Of a DNA stretch of 63,290 nucleotides, positions 1-9,696 are shown piece after piece. Below the pieces are notes generated by a model, which did no database searches, was not told the origin of the DNA, and worked only from the letters and a program-made list of their open reading frames with translations. Source of the DNA: Candidatus Velthaea sp. (lineage in GTDB: Bacteria; Vulcanimicrobiota; Vulcanimicrobiia; Vulcanimicrobiales; Vulcanimicrobiaceae); contig JBEKHC010000014.1 of assembly GCA_050012475.1 (NCBI GenBank), positions 1 through 63,290 of the forward strand, in the 5' to 3' direction. A program made the translations under genes and the position numbers. How positions within the stretch are numbered: the first letter of the stretch is position 1; each line of letters opens with the position of its first letter.

Positions 1-506
1 GAAAACGGCGCGCGGCCGCTGATTTTCCCGGCCAGCCGGTACTCGTCGGCGTTGTAGCCCGCGGGCACGGTGACGGCGGTACCCTCGTTTTCCGTGCGCA
101 CCGGAACGATCGCGAACTGCTCGAGCAAAACGGCTTTGCACCCCTGGTGCACTACGCGCGCAACCGCACCGATTTGGGCGTCGCTGTAAGCCGCAATGTC
201 GTCCATGAGAAAATCAACGAGCCGGCCCTTTTGCTGCATGGTCGCCAGCAGGCTCACGACTTCGGCCTCGGCCTGATTTTGCGGGACGGGAGGCGGAGCG
301 ACGGGGACAGGAGCCGGCGCCGCGACTGCCACCGGCACCGGTGCAGTCTTCGCATCGTTCGCAGCGACAATTGTCGGAATCAAAATGACCGTCGCTATGA
401 TTGCGGCGACATCCAACGCGACCCGATAATCCTGCGCCCCACGCAGCAGCGACACCGCCAGGAGCACGAGCACGAGCGCGGCAAGCGCAATCGAAATGAT
501 TTTCAT
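1..506 (-). CDS. DUF2760 domain membrane-anchored protein (3' end runs off the window)
   Basis: Not in the ORF track; manual translation from ATG at 506: MKIISIALAALVLVLLAVSLL...PAPVPVAPPP...LLATMQQKGRLVDFLMDDIAAYSDAQIGAVARVVHQGCKAVL, matching the DUF2760 pattern GRLxDFLxxDIxxYSDAQIGA. Confidence 0.8.
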   Translation of the reverse strand, partial: MKIISIALAALVLVLLAVSLLRGAQDYRVALDVAAIIATVILIPTIVAANDAKTAPVPVAVAAPAPVPVAPPPVPQNQAEAEVVSLLATMQQKGRLVDFLMDDIAAYSDAQIGAVARVVHQGCKAVLLEQFAIVPVRTENEGTAVTVPAGYNADEYRLAGKISGRAPF

Positions 507-510
507 TCGT

Positions 511-546
511 CGAATACTGAACTCACCACGAATACTGAACTCATCA
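511..546. repeat. 18-bp tandem duplication CGAATACTGAACTCA(C/T)CA x2
   Basis: Units 511-528 and 529-546, one mismatch, just upstream of the DUF2760 start. Confidence 0.8.
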
Positions 547-952
547 CGTTACCCTGCGCGGCCGCGCGGGTCGGCTCCTTCGCATCACCGATCTGCGTTT
601 GCCGAACTATTCGAACCGTCGTGCGCCGGCCGTTCAACTTGTACTGCATCTACCGCCGAGCGCAGCCGGCGTTTCACGTACCGGGCGAACCGCCGGCGGA
701 GCGCCCGTCCGCCGGCGTTCGCATGCCGCATTGCCGCGAAAAATTTCACGGATCGCTTGCTTGTTTGGTCGAAGCGGGATTTTGCGGCGCCGCGCCGGCA
801 TGCTTTTGCTCGGGTACCGGTCACACAAGCATCCGTAAACGGGTACCGGCACGTTCGTCGTGGTAAGTAGATTTGTTGCTTGAAGACAGCGACGATGAAC
901 ATTCGGCGCGGGCTATTCGGCCCGTGGCGTTCATTGCGACGGAGATTGGTTC

Positions 953-2140
953 ATGACAGCTACACGCGAGGTTTTGGTCCTGAGCGGTGCGCGCACCGCA
1001 ATTGGTGATTATGGCGGAAGTTTGAAGGATGTTCCGCCGACGCAACTCGGCGCGATCGCCGTTCGAGAGGCCGTCAAACGTTCCGGAGTCAACCCCGACG
1101 ACGTCGGGATGGTCGTTTTCGGCAGCTGCATTCATTCCGAGCCGCGCGACATCTACATGTCGCGCGTCGCCGCCATCGACGGCGGACTTTCCATCAACAC
1201 GCCGTGCGTGACGGTCAATCGTCTGTGCGGCAGCGGTTTGCAGGCCATCATCATGGCTTCACAATCGCTGATGCTGGGCGACGCCGACCTCGCCGTGGCG
1301 GGCGGTGCAGAATCGATGAGCCGCGGCGGTTACCTGCTGCCCAGCGAACGCTGGGGCCAGCGGATGGGCAACGGCCAAACCATCGACATGGTGGTCGGCG
1401 GACTGACCGACCCGTTCGACCCGATCCACATGGCGATCACGGCCGAAAACGTCGCCACGCAATTCGACATTTCGCGTGAAGAGCAAGATAAGCTGGCGTA
1501 CGAGAGCCATCGCCGCGCGGCTGCGGCCATCGCCGCCGGCTACTTCAAAGAGCAAATCGTGCCGGTCGAGATCAAGACCCGCAAAGGCACCGTGGTCTTC
1601 GACACCGACGAACACGTCCGCGCCGACGCGTCGCTCGAGTCGATGGCCAAGCTGCGGCCGGTCTTCAAGAAAGACGGATCGGTGACGGCCGGTAACGCGT
1701 CGGGCATGAACGATGCCGGCGCAGCGGTCGTCCTCATGGAGGCCGAAGCGGCCAAAAGCAGCGGCCGCAAGCCGATCGGACGGCTCGTTGCGTACGGCCA
1801 CTCCGGCGTCGACCCCAAGATCATGGGCATCGGTCCGGTCAAAGCGGTGCAGAACGCGCTCAAGAGAGCCGGCCTGACGCTCGACCAGATCGACATCATC
1901 GAAGCCAACGAAGCATTTGCAGCGCAAGCCTGCGCGGTGGCCAAAGAACTCGGGTTCGATCCGGCCAAGACCAATCCCAACGGCAGCGGCATCTCGCTGG
2001 GCCATCCAGTCGGGGCGACCGGAGCGATTCTCACTATCAAGGTGCTGGCCGAACTTGCGCGCACGGGCGGCCGGTATGGACTCGCCACGATGTGCATCGG
2101 CGGCGGCCAAGGCGTAGCGGCTATTTTCGAGCGGCTCTAA
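953..2140 (+). CDS. bktB: Beta-ketothiolase (acetyl-CoA C-acyltransferase), BktB type
   Basis: Thiolase motifs VNRLCGSG, NEAFA, GHPVGATG, CIGGGQG; N-terminus closely resembles Cupriavidus BktB. Confidence 0.92.
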   Translation: MTATREVLVLSGARTAIGDYGGSLKDVPPTQLGAIAVREAVKRSGVNPDDVGMVVFGSCIHSEPRDIYMSRVAAIDGGLSINTPCVTVNRLCGSGLQAIIMASQSLMLGDADLAVAGGAESMSRGGYLLPSERWGQRMGNGQTIDMVVGGLTDPFDPIHMAITAENVATQFDISREEQDKLAYESHRRAAAAIAAGYFKEQIVPVEIKTRKGTVVFDTDEHVRADASLESMAKLRPVFKKDGSVTAGNASGMNDAGAAVVLMEAEAAKSSGRKPIGRLVAYGHSGVDPKIMGIGPVKAVQNALKRAGLTLDQIDIIEANEAFAAQACAVAKELGFDPAKTNPNGSGISLGHPVGATGAILTIKVLAELARTGGRYGLATMCIGGGQGVAAIFERL

Positions 2141-2169
2141 GCCCGGAGTTCACCCCAGCGAATCAGTTC

Positions 2170-2209
2170 AGAGCGGGGAGCGCGCCCTCCGTCGGGCGCT
2201 CCCCGCTCT
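2170..2209. terminator. 14-bp perfect stem-loop after bktB
   Basis: AGAGCGGGGAGCGC (2170-2183) pairs with GCGCTCCCCGCTCT (2196-2209); no clear U-tract. Confidence 0.5.
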
Positions 2210-2314
2210 CGGCGCGCCCGCATGGTTGAAAGCGCGGGTTTGTTTTCATTTTCTTTCGTCGAACGGACGTTGCGCCTCGCGGCGCGGTGACCGCAAAAAA
2301 AGGAGCTCTAGCGT

Positions 2315-3079
2315 ATGGACCAACGCGTGTTGGTAACAGGCGGCGCATCGGGTATCGGTCGCGAGATCGTGCGAGCGTTTGCGGCAACCGGCGCAAAGGT
2401 CTTCGTCTGCGATGTCGATCCCAGGGCACTCGACGCGTTGGCAAAAGAACTTCCCGGATTGGCAACGGGATTGTGCGACATGTCGAAGCGGGAAGCCATC
2501 GAAACCATGGTTCCGTTCGGAACGAAGGCCATCGGCGGCCTCGACGTCCTGGTCAACAATGTCGGCGTTTCGGGCCCGACGGTCCCGATCGAGAAACTCG
2601 ACCCGGCCGAATGGGACAGCGTCGTCAAGATCAACCTGACGTCGATGTTCGATGTCACCCGGCTTTGCGTTCCGCTGCTCAAGGAGTCTCCCGCCGGCGT
2701 CGTCATCAATCTTTCATCGGTCGCCGGCCGATTCGGCTACCCCAACCGCATCGCGTATAGCGCGACGAAATGGGGCGTCGTCGGGTTCACCAAAACGCTT
2801 TCGATCGAGCTAGGGGTGTACGGCATTCGCGTCAACGCCATCTTGCCGGGCGCCGTTGACGGACCGCGGCTGCAAAGCGTCTTCGAAGGCCGCGCCAAGC
2901 TCAGCGGCAAGACGGCCGAACAAGAAGCCAAATCCATCATGGTCAATCAATCGCTCAAGAATCTGGTCGATCCGCGCGACATCGCCGCGTTGGCGGTTTT
3001 CTTGGCCTCGCCGGGCGCAAAATCGATTTCGGGACAAAGCCTCCCCGTCGATGCCGACATGCAAAGCTTGATGATCTGA
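2315..3079 (+). CDS. Short-chain dehydrogenase/reductase (PRK12829-like)
   Basis: TGGASGIG, NNVG, YSATK catalytic motif; AGGAG RBS upstream. Confidence 0.9.
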   Translation: MDQRVLVTGGASGIGREIVRAFAATGAKVFVCDVDPRALDALAKELPGLATGLCDMSKREAIETMVPFGTKAIGGLDVLVNNVGVSGPTVPIEKLDPAEWDSVVKINLTSMFDVTRLCVPLLKESPAGVVINLSSVAGRFGYPNRIAYSATKWGVVGFTKTLSIELGVYGIRVNAILPGAVDGPRLQSVFEGRAKLSGKTAEQEAKSIMVNQSLKNLVDPRDIAALAVFLASPGAKSISGQSLPVDADMQSLMI

Positions 3080-3184
3080 GTCCGATCGCGGCATAACCGC
3101 GTCATCGCTTTCTGGGCATCCCGGTTTCTTGTGACCGCGCGAAACATGGTTTGCGCGGTCACAAACGTCTGTCGGCACAACGTT

Positions 3185-3376
3185 GCACGCGTTCGGCGAC
3201 GAGGCAAGCGCCGCGCAAACGTTCGCCGGCGCGACATTCGACCGGAAGGGGTCGGCCGAGTCCTCGCTGGATCGATTGCCGCACGCGTTCGGCGACGAGG
3301 CAAGCGCCCCGCAAACGTTCGCCGGCGCGACGTTCGACCGCAATGCGCTCGCCAAGCCCCGTTCGATCGATTCTCG
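3185..3376. repeat. ~96-bp tandem duplication with a 60-bp near-identical core
   Basis: 3185-3244 and 3281-3340 differ at 2 of 60 positions; the following ~36 bp are also related. A hairpin at 3131-3162 precedes it. Confidence 0.85.
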
Positions 3377-3570
3377 CACCGCCGCAATCGCGGTTGTGAA
3401 GCAACACTTCGCACGTTCTTCGAGGGCGCGGTCTATGATCGACTCGTGACGGGCCTGGTTCGGCACATCTCCGCTGTTCGACTCGAGCGGCCCGCACTTA
3501 CGATCGAAGCGAACTCCCTGCTTGGAGTTACTTTTGTCGTAGATCCGGGTGTGCCGAACGCGAGATTCCG

Positions 3571-3999
3571 ATGCAAGACCCCGCGAGCACCTACACGTCG
3601 ACGATCGTTTCGTACGTCGAGCAGGCGGCAGCGATCGCGAAAGAACGCGGCCTGCACGTCGAGATCAATGGTCCCTTTGTGCGGCTTCGGCGCCGACGTT
3701 CCTCGGCGTCGCTGACGTTTCACGTTGCCCATCTCATGCTCGAGGCGATCGAAGTCGCCCCCTGCGACCGGCGGAAACACTATGGATCGGCAATGCTCGA
3801 CGACGTCATCGCGATCGGCGAGGCGCTCGGACTGCGGATCGATTTGATCGCCGAATCGACGACCCGGCTCGACGGGCGAGGTCTGGTGCAGAGCAAGCTC
3901 GAGGGCTGGTATCACCGGCACGCATTCGTCGGCGCCGACGACGTCCTGATGCGCCGCATGCCCTCCCGCAGCGTCGGAGCCGCGACGCCGCGATCGTAA
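3571..3999 (+). CDS. Divergent GNAT-like N-acetyltransferase
   Basis: IEVAPCDRRKHYGSAML resembles GNAT motif A; LEGWYHRHAF resembles motif B. Confidence 0.55.
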   Translation: MQDPASTYTSTIVSYVEQAAAIAKERGLHVEINGPFVRLRRRRSSASLTFHVAHLMLEAIEVAPCDRRKHYGSAMLDDVIAIGEALGLRIDLIAESTTRLDGRGLVQSKLEGWYHRHAFVGADDVLMRRMPSRSVGAATPRS

Positions 4000-4058
4000 C
4001 AACCGCGGCCGCAGCAGCGCAGAACGGGGCCGCCCCGGCCGCCGTGATTCGTGATTTC

Positions 4059-4221
4059 AGTGTGGTGTCTCAGAAGTTCCATGCAAAAGATCGCGAAGTA
4101 TTTTCGTTCGGATCGAGGAGTGATGAAGGAGCGAAGCCGTAGCTTCGTGACCGAAGAACGACGATGAGCCGGGCGAAAAGACGAGTGAGATTTTGTATGC
4201 GAACTTCTGAGACACCACACT
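4059..4221. mobile_element. 163-bp palindromic non-autonomous element (MITE/REP-like)
   Basis: Perfect 21-bp terminal inverted repeats AGTGTGGTGTCTCAGAAGTTC (4059-4079; reverse complement at 4201-4221), imperfectly extendable inward; internal hairpin CGAAGC-CGTA-GCTTCG. Confidence 0.7.
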
Positions 4222-4233
4222 AGGAGAGATCGC

Positions 4234-5373
4234 ATGGTCAAGAGCCTAACCCCAGCATCGATTGCAAACGTGGCCGAGCGCGCAGCTCAGTTGTGCGTGC
4301 CCTTGTTTTGGCCGTTGGCCGCCGGCGCTGAAATCGCCGAAGCCGAGCTGAAGCTCGCAGCGCGCAACATCAAATTTTTAGCCGAGGCCGAGAAAATCGA
4401 CTTCGGTTTGCATCCACAGTTCGCGACGGAGAATACGGTCGCGCTCGATCTGCGCACGATGAAGCTCCGCGACTTTTCATTGCCCGGCGCAAGCGCGATC
4501 GCGACCCTCGTCGACGCCCCGTATGCCGGGCACACCTCGACCGCAGCGGACTTCGACATCGACCAGAGCTTGATCAAGACGCTGCGCACGAACGGCAATC
4601 CGCGCATTCTGCTCACCGATTGGAAGCCGGCGACGATCGACATGAAAGATTTCGACGTCGATACGTATCTGGCCGAGATCAACGTCGCGGTCGACGAACT
4701 GGGTGGACGGGTCAATCTCGTGGGTCTGTGTCAAGGCGGGTGGATGTCGGCGATGTTCGCGGCGCGCTTTCCGGCGAAAGTCAACAGCCTCGTGCTGGCC
4801 GGTTCACCGATCGACACGAGCGCCGGCAATGGGCCGGCCCGCAAGGTCGCGCTGAAAATTCCGCTGGCCTTTTTCGAAGAGCTCGTCGAACTCGGCGGCG
4901 GGCTCATGCCGGGCCGTTTCATGCTCGCGGCCTACAAGAACATGGACCCCGCGCAACACTATCTCAAGAAATACGTCGACCTCTACCGCCACATCGACGA
5001 CGCTGCATACCTGCGCGGGCAGGAGCGGTTTGCAAGCTGGTACGAGAGCCCGATCGATTTACCGGGTCGCGTGTATCTGGAAGTCGTCGATCGGCTGTTC
5101 AAACAGAATCAGCTCGCGCGCGGTGAATTCGTCGCACTGGGAAAGAAGCTCAGCCTGCTCGACGTGCGCTGCCCGGTGTACCTGCTCGCCGGCAAGGATG
5201 ACGACATCACGCCGTGGGAACAAGTCTTCAACGCCGAACAGTATCTGGGCACGCCCAAGGACCGCATCGTGAAGACGCTCGCACCCGGTGGCCACATCGG
5301 ATTGTTCATGGGCCACGCTGCGCTGGCGGACGATTGGCCGCGCATCGGCACGTGGATCGCAGCGAACACGTGA
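4234..5373 (+). CDS. Alpha/beta hydrolase of the PHA depolymerase/synthase clan (Cys nucleophile)
   Basis: GLCQGG nucleophile box, DDITP Asp, GGHIGLF His; AGGAG RBS. Confidence 0.8.
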   Translation: MVKSLTPASIANVAERAAQLCVPLFWPLAAGAEIAEAELKLAARNIKFLAEAEKIDFGLHPQFATENTVALDLRTMKLRDFSLPGASAIATLVDAPYAGHTSTAADFDIDQSLIKTLRTNGNPRILLTDWKPATIDMKDFDVDTYLAEINVAVDELGGRVNLVGLCQGGWMSAMFAARFPAKVNSLVLAGSPIDTSAGNGPARKVALKIPLAFFEELVELGGGLMPGRFMLAAYKNMDPAQHYLKKYVDLYRHIDDAAYLRGQERFASWYESPIDLPGRVYLEVVDRLFKQNQLARGEFVALGKKLSLLDVRCPVYLLAGKDDDITPWEQVFNAEQYLGTPKDRIVKTLAPGGHIGLFMGHAALADDWPRIGTWIAANT

Positions 5374-5402
5374 GCCGCCGGCTGCGGCCCAACTAGGATG
5401 CG

Positions 5403-6905
5403 TTGAGCGCAATGATCGATGAGGCGCTGCAGGCCAGTCTGCGCGAATTGCTCGACACGCTGCCGCTCGTGCCCGAGATCTACGCCTGGTCGCGTCCGGT
5501 CGTCACCGACGGCTTCGTCTTCTTCCTGAGCCGGCTGCCCGCCGAACGCGTTCAAGCGATCGTTGCCGAACAGATGCTGGCGCCCGCCGCCACCAGCGTC
5601 GACGATCGCCTCGTGATGCTCCTGCATCAGTGCCCCACGCTCCACAAGCTGGGCCAGGTCGTCGCCCACGACAAGCGTCTCGACGCCGAACTGCGGGCGC
5701 GCCTGCAATCACTCGAGTCGCTGCCGCCCTCGCTGGGACGCGCCGAGCTCAAAACGATGCTCGAAGAGGAATTCGGGTCGATCCCGGCGGGCGTCGAGCT
5801 CGCGGATCAGGCGCTCGCGGAGGGCAGCGTGGCGATCGTGCTGCCGTTCGAGTGGACCGCACCAGGCACGCAAGCCACGCAGCACGGCGTGTTCAAAATG
5901 CTGAAACCGCTGGCCGAAAAGCGTCTGCTCGAAGAGCTGGCGCTGTGGCCGGCGCTGGGCGATTATCTCGAGGAGCGCTGCGTCCACTACGCTCTGCCAT
6001 CATTCGATTACCGCGAAACGCTCGAGAGCGTACGCCGGCTGCTGCTCAATGAGACCCGGCTCGACCTCGAACAAGAGCACATCGTCAAAGCGGCGCGCTT
6101 TTACGCCCGCTTTCCGGGCGTCTACGTCCCCCCGCTGCTGCCCCTTTGCACGCCGCACGTCACCGCCATGGAGCGTGTCTACGGCCGCAAAGTCACCGAC
6201 CCGAGTCTCGCACCGGACGTTCGGCGGCGGCTCGCCGCGACGATCATCGACTCGCTTCTGGCGCGGCCGTTTTGGAGCACGGAACCGCTGGCCATTTTCC
6301 ACGCCGATCCGCACGCCGGCAATCTGTTCGCGGCCGACGACGGCCGGCTGGCCATCCTGGATTGGTCGCTCATCGTCGAGTTCAGCATGGAGCAGCGCGC
6401 CGCCGTCGTGCAGTCCCTCGTCGGCGCACTGACGCTCGACGTGCACCGGACGATCCGGGCCATCGCCGCGCTCGGCAACGTGCTCGACAAAGGCAAGCTC
6501 GAGACGGCCGTCCGCGGCGCGTTCCAGCTGGTCCGGCGCGGTGAATTACCGGGGTTCGAGTGGCTGACCTCGCTGCTCGAAGTGCTGACGGCCACCTCCG
6601 CGGTGCAATTCCCCGAGGAATTGATGCTCTTCCGCAAAGCGCTGCTCACGATGTCGGAGGTTGTCAGCGATGTCTCGGGGCGCTCGTCGGTCGTTGGCGT
6701 CCTCACCCGGACCGGTGCCGGACAGTTCTTTGGGGAGCTCCTGCGGCGTCCGCTGGCGGCGCCGGCATCGCGCGATTTCGGCAGCCATCTGTCGAACGTG
6801 GATCTCGTGCGCACGTGGGCCGAACTGTTTTTCGTCCCCTCGCGCTATTGGATCGGAACCGTGCGCGACGCGCTGCGCCGGCAACCGAAGGCGAAAACAA
6901 AGTAG
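5403..6905 (+). CDS. ABC1/UbiB/AarF-family atypical kinase
   Basis: KLGQ motif, A-rich loop LAEGSVA, FHADPHAGN catalytic loop; start TTG 5403 or ATG 5412. Confidence 0.85.
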   Translation: MSAMIDEALQASLRELLDTLPLVPEIYAWSRPVVTDGFVFFLSRLPAERVQAIVAEQMLAPAATSVDDRLVMLLHQCPTLHKLGQVVAHDKRLDAELRARLQSLESLPPSLGRAELKTMLEEEFGSIPAGVELADQALAEGSVAIVLPFEWTAPGTQATQHGVFKMLKPLAEKRLLEELALWPALGDYLEERCVHYALPSFDYRETLESVRRLLLNETRLDLEQEHIVKAARFYARFPGVYVPPLLPLCTPHVTAMERVYGRKVTDPSLAPDVRRRLAATIIDSLLARPFWSTEPLAIFHADPHAGNLFAADDGRLAILDWSLIVEFSMEQRAAVVQSLVGALTLDVHRTIRAIAALGNVLDKGKLETAVRGAFQLVRRGELPGFEWLTSLLEVLTATSAVQFPEELMLFRKALLTMSEVVSDVSGRSSVVGVLTRTGAGQFFGELLRRPLAAPASRDFGSHLSNVDLVRTWAELFFVPSRYWIGTVRDALRRQPKAKTK

Positions 6906-6973
6906 CGACGACGTATGCTCGAGCAAATGCGCCGCGTAGCGACGACGTTCAGGGCTAGTTCAGAGCAACCTTC
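6889..6973. mobile_element. Degenerate partial copy of the ~105-bp palindromic element
   Basis: GCTCGAGCAAATGCGCCGCGTAGCGACGACGTTCAGGGCTAGTTCAGAGCAACCTT aligns with the copies at 25760 and 54763. Confidence 0.65.
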
Positions 6974-6975
6974 GA

Positions 6976-9696
6976 TTAGACCAAGTCGATGATCGAGCGC
7001 ACCATGGTGTCGCCCATCTCGTGTTCGTGGTGGAAGCCCAGATGTCTGCACGCGTGCAGCATCGGGCTGTTGTTGCTCAGGATGTAGCCCACGATTCGAG
7101 CAACGTTCTCGGTTCGGCCGATCTCGATGAGCCGGCGCAACAGTTCGGTCCCCAAACCCCGGCTTTGCAGCTCGTCGGAAATCAGCAGGGCGAACTCCGC
7201 TTCATTGCGGTTGCGTTCCATGAGCAGCTGGGCGGCACCGACGATCTCTTGTTCGCCGGCCGCATTGGTAATGAGCGCAACCAGCGCCATTTCGCGCAAA
7301 TAATCGATGAAACACATCCGCGAGAGATAATCGTGCGCGGTGCGTTCCGACGCGCGAAAAGCGTACGTGTAGCGAGTGTAGACGCTCTGATCCGAAAGCT
7401 TGGCGTGAAAGGGCCGCATGAGCGGCTCATCTTCGGGGCGGATCGGCCGAACGGTGATGAAGGTGCCGTCGGGTAACGTGCACGTCCCGGCGTATTGCGA
7501 GGGGTACGGGCGGATCGCCGACCGCGGCAGCGCAGCGTCGGTTCTCGTGAACGGATGCAGAACGACGCGCGTATCGAGCGCGACGAACCGGTTGCGCACC
7601 GCGAAGACCGGGTTGATATCCAACTCTTTGATGCGCGGCTGATCGACGATCATGGCGCTGAACCGCACGAGCAACTGCGCGAGCGCGCCGATGTCGACTC
7701 CGCGCCGGCTGCGTTTGTCGGCCAGCGCCTCGGCGACACGGGTCCGGGCAATCATTTGGCGCGCCAACGCTTCGTTGAGCGGCGGCAACCCCAGCGCCCG
7801 GTCACGGATGAACTCGACCAATCCGCCGCCGTAACCGAAGAGCAGCACCGGTCCGAATTGCGGATCGGTGCTGCTCCCTAAGATCAGGTTGTAGCCTTCC
7901 TCGGTAGCGATGAGCGGCTGCACGACGATGCCCCCGAAGGCATCGGGTCCGGCTTCGACGCTTGCCGCGTCCGCGATCTCGCCGAATGCGCGCGCCACCC
8001 CCGCCGAGTCGCGAACGTTCAGCCGCACCCCGCCGACCACGGTTTTGTGCAAAATGGTGTCGGAGAGCAGCTTCACCGCGACCGGAAAGCCGAGCGACTC
8101 TGCGGCGGCAATCGCTGCCTCGACGGTCGTCGCGACGATGGTCGGAACGCTTGGAATCTCGTACGCGGCGAGCAGCCGCATCGATTGCGCCGGCGTGAGG
8201 ATCGTCCGCTCGTCGGCACGGGCCTGCTCGAAGATCTCGCGGACGCTGGCGCGATCGGGCTTCAACTCCTCGGGCAGCGCTTCCGGCGTCTCGAAGAGCG
8301 CGCGCAAGTTCGCGTCGTAGCGCCACATGAAGTTGAAGATGCGCGCCGCATCATCGGGAAACGCAAAGGTGGGGATCCCGGCGCGCTCGAGCATCTCCGC
8401 TCCGTCCGCCACGCCGGCACCGCCCATCCAGCTGGCCAGAATCGGCTTGCGCGACAGCTTGGCGAACGGCAACAGCCGTTGCGCCACCTCTGCCGCGCCG
8501 TGTCCGGCCTGCGGTGAGAAGGTCACGAGAATGCCGTCGTTGCCCTCGTCGGCGGCCACGATTTCGACGGCTTTCGCGTAATCCTCCGATGTCGCGTCGC
8601 CGTGCAGATCGATCGGATTCGAATGACTCCACGACGGAGCCAACTTGACGTTGAGCCGGTCCAGCGTCGCCGCTTCGAGCGACGCGGTTTGGCCGCCGCC
8701 TTCGACGAGCGCGTCGGCCGCGAGCACCGCTGCGCCGCCGGCGTTGGTGACGATCGCCAACCGGTTTCCACGGGGCCGGGGTTGTTTCGCCAACACTTCG
8801 GCCATCGCAAACAATTGCCGGATCGTCTCAACGCGCAGCACGCCGCAGCGGCGGAACGCCGCATCGAGCACTTCATCGCTGCCGGTCAACTTGCCGGTGT
8901 GCGAGGCGGCAACAATTGCCGCTGCCGCGGTGCGCCCGGCTTTGATGACGATGATCGGTTTGGATTGCGCCACTGCCCGCGCGGCCGAGAGAAACGAGCG
9001 CGCAACGCCGACCGACTCCATGAAGAGCACGATGCTTTTCGTACGCGGGTCTTCCCCGAGCTGACCGATCACGTCGCCCCAGCCGATGTCGAGCATCGAG
9101 CCCAGCGAAATCAGGGCGCTCAAGCCAAAGCGTTGGGTGAGGCTCCAATCCAGAATCGACGCACACAGTGACGCACTCTGGCTCACGAAGGCGACGCTCC
9201 CGGGCAGCGGCGACGTTTTGGCGAGTGTTGCATTGAGTCCGCTGGCGGGCAACATGAGGCCCAGCGAATTCGGTCCCAGAATGCGCAGCCCGGCGGCCTG
9301 AGCGCGTTCGAGGATCGCCGTGTCCAGCGTACCCGCGTTCGGGCCCCGGTCGCGATAAGCCGAGGCGATTCCGACCGCGACTCTGACGTGGGCGTCGATG
9401 CACTCGCCGATGATCTGCGGCACCAGCGTGGCATTGGTAGCGATCACCGCCAAGTCGATGCGTCCGGGGATATCGGCGACCGTCGGGTAGCAGAGCTGGC
9501 CGAACACCGCTTCGTGTTGCGGATTGACGGGATAGACTTTCGCGCCGCAGGTGTTCGCCAGCAGGTTGGCCAGGATGTCGGCACCGCGCCGGGGCGGTTT
9601 GTCGGTCGCGCCGATCACCGCAATGCTGCGGGGTCGAAAAAGCGCCTCGATGGGATTGACCATCGAGCCCATGGCGTCGCGCCGAGCTTCAATCAT
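6976..9696 (-). CDS. Acyl-CoA synthetase (NDP-forming) domain-GNAT fusion, Pat/PatZ-type protein lysine acetyltransferase
   Basis: PRSIAVIGA CoA-binding start, GPNSLG, SHTG, NPIDL, ATP-grasp (HKTVVGGV, DPQFGP, DINP) and C-terminal GNAT (RPIRPED, QSRGLG). Confidence 0.92.
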   Translation of the reverse strand: MIEARRDAMGSMVNPIEALFRPRSIAVIGATDKPPRRGADILANLLANTCGAKVYPVNPQHEAVFGQLCYPTVADIPGRIDLAVIATNATLVPQIIGECIDAHVRVAVGIASAYRDRGPNAGTLDTAILERAQAAGLRILGPNSLGLMLPASGLNATLAKTSPLPGSVAFVSQSASLCASILDWSLTQRFGLSALISLGSMLDIGWGDVIGQLGEDPRTKSIVLFMESVGVARSFLSAARAVAQSKPIIVIKAGRTAAAAIVAASHTGKLTGSDEVLDAAFRRCGVLRVETIRQLFAMAEVLAKQPRPRGNRLAIVTNAGGAAVLAADALVEGGGQTASLEAATLDRLNVKLAPSWSHSNPIDLHGDATSEDYAKAVEIVAADEGNDGILVTFSPQAGHGAAEVAQRLLPFAKLSRKPILASWMGGAGVADGAEMLERAGIPTFAFPDDAARIFNFMWRYDANLRALFETPEALPEELKPDRASVREIFEQARADERTILTPAQSMRLLAAYEIPSVPTIVATTVEAAIAAAESLGFPVAVKLLSDTILHKTVVGGVRLNVRDSAGVARAFGEIADAASVEAGPDAFGGIVVQPLIATEEGYNLILGSSTDPQFGPVLLFGYGGGLVEFIRDRALGLPPLNEALARQMIARTRVAEALADKRSRRGVDIGALAQLLVRFSAMIVDQPRIKELDINPVFAVRNRFVALDTRVVLHPFTRTDAALPRSAIRPYPSQYAGTCTLPDGTFITVRPIRPEDEPLMRPFHAKLSDQSVYTRYTYAFRASERTAHDYLSRMCFIDYLREMALVALITNAAGEQEIVGAAQLLMERNRNEAEFALLISDELQSRGLGTELLRRLIEIGRTENVARIVGYILSNNSPMLHACRHLGFHHEHEMGDTMVRSIIDLV

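Noticed and set aside
147..902. Several overlapping ORFs upstream of bktB
   Set aside because: Antisense to DUF2760 or lying in the divergent promoter region; Arg/Cys-rich shadow translations.
3185..3376. CRISPR-like 60-bp repeat with 36-bp spacers
   Set aside because: Only two units, the repeat is too long, the spacers resemble each other, and there are no cas genes.
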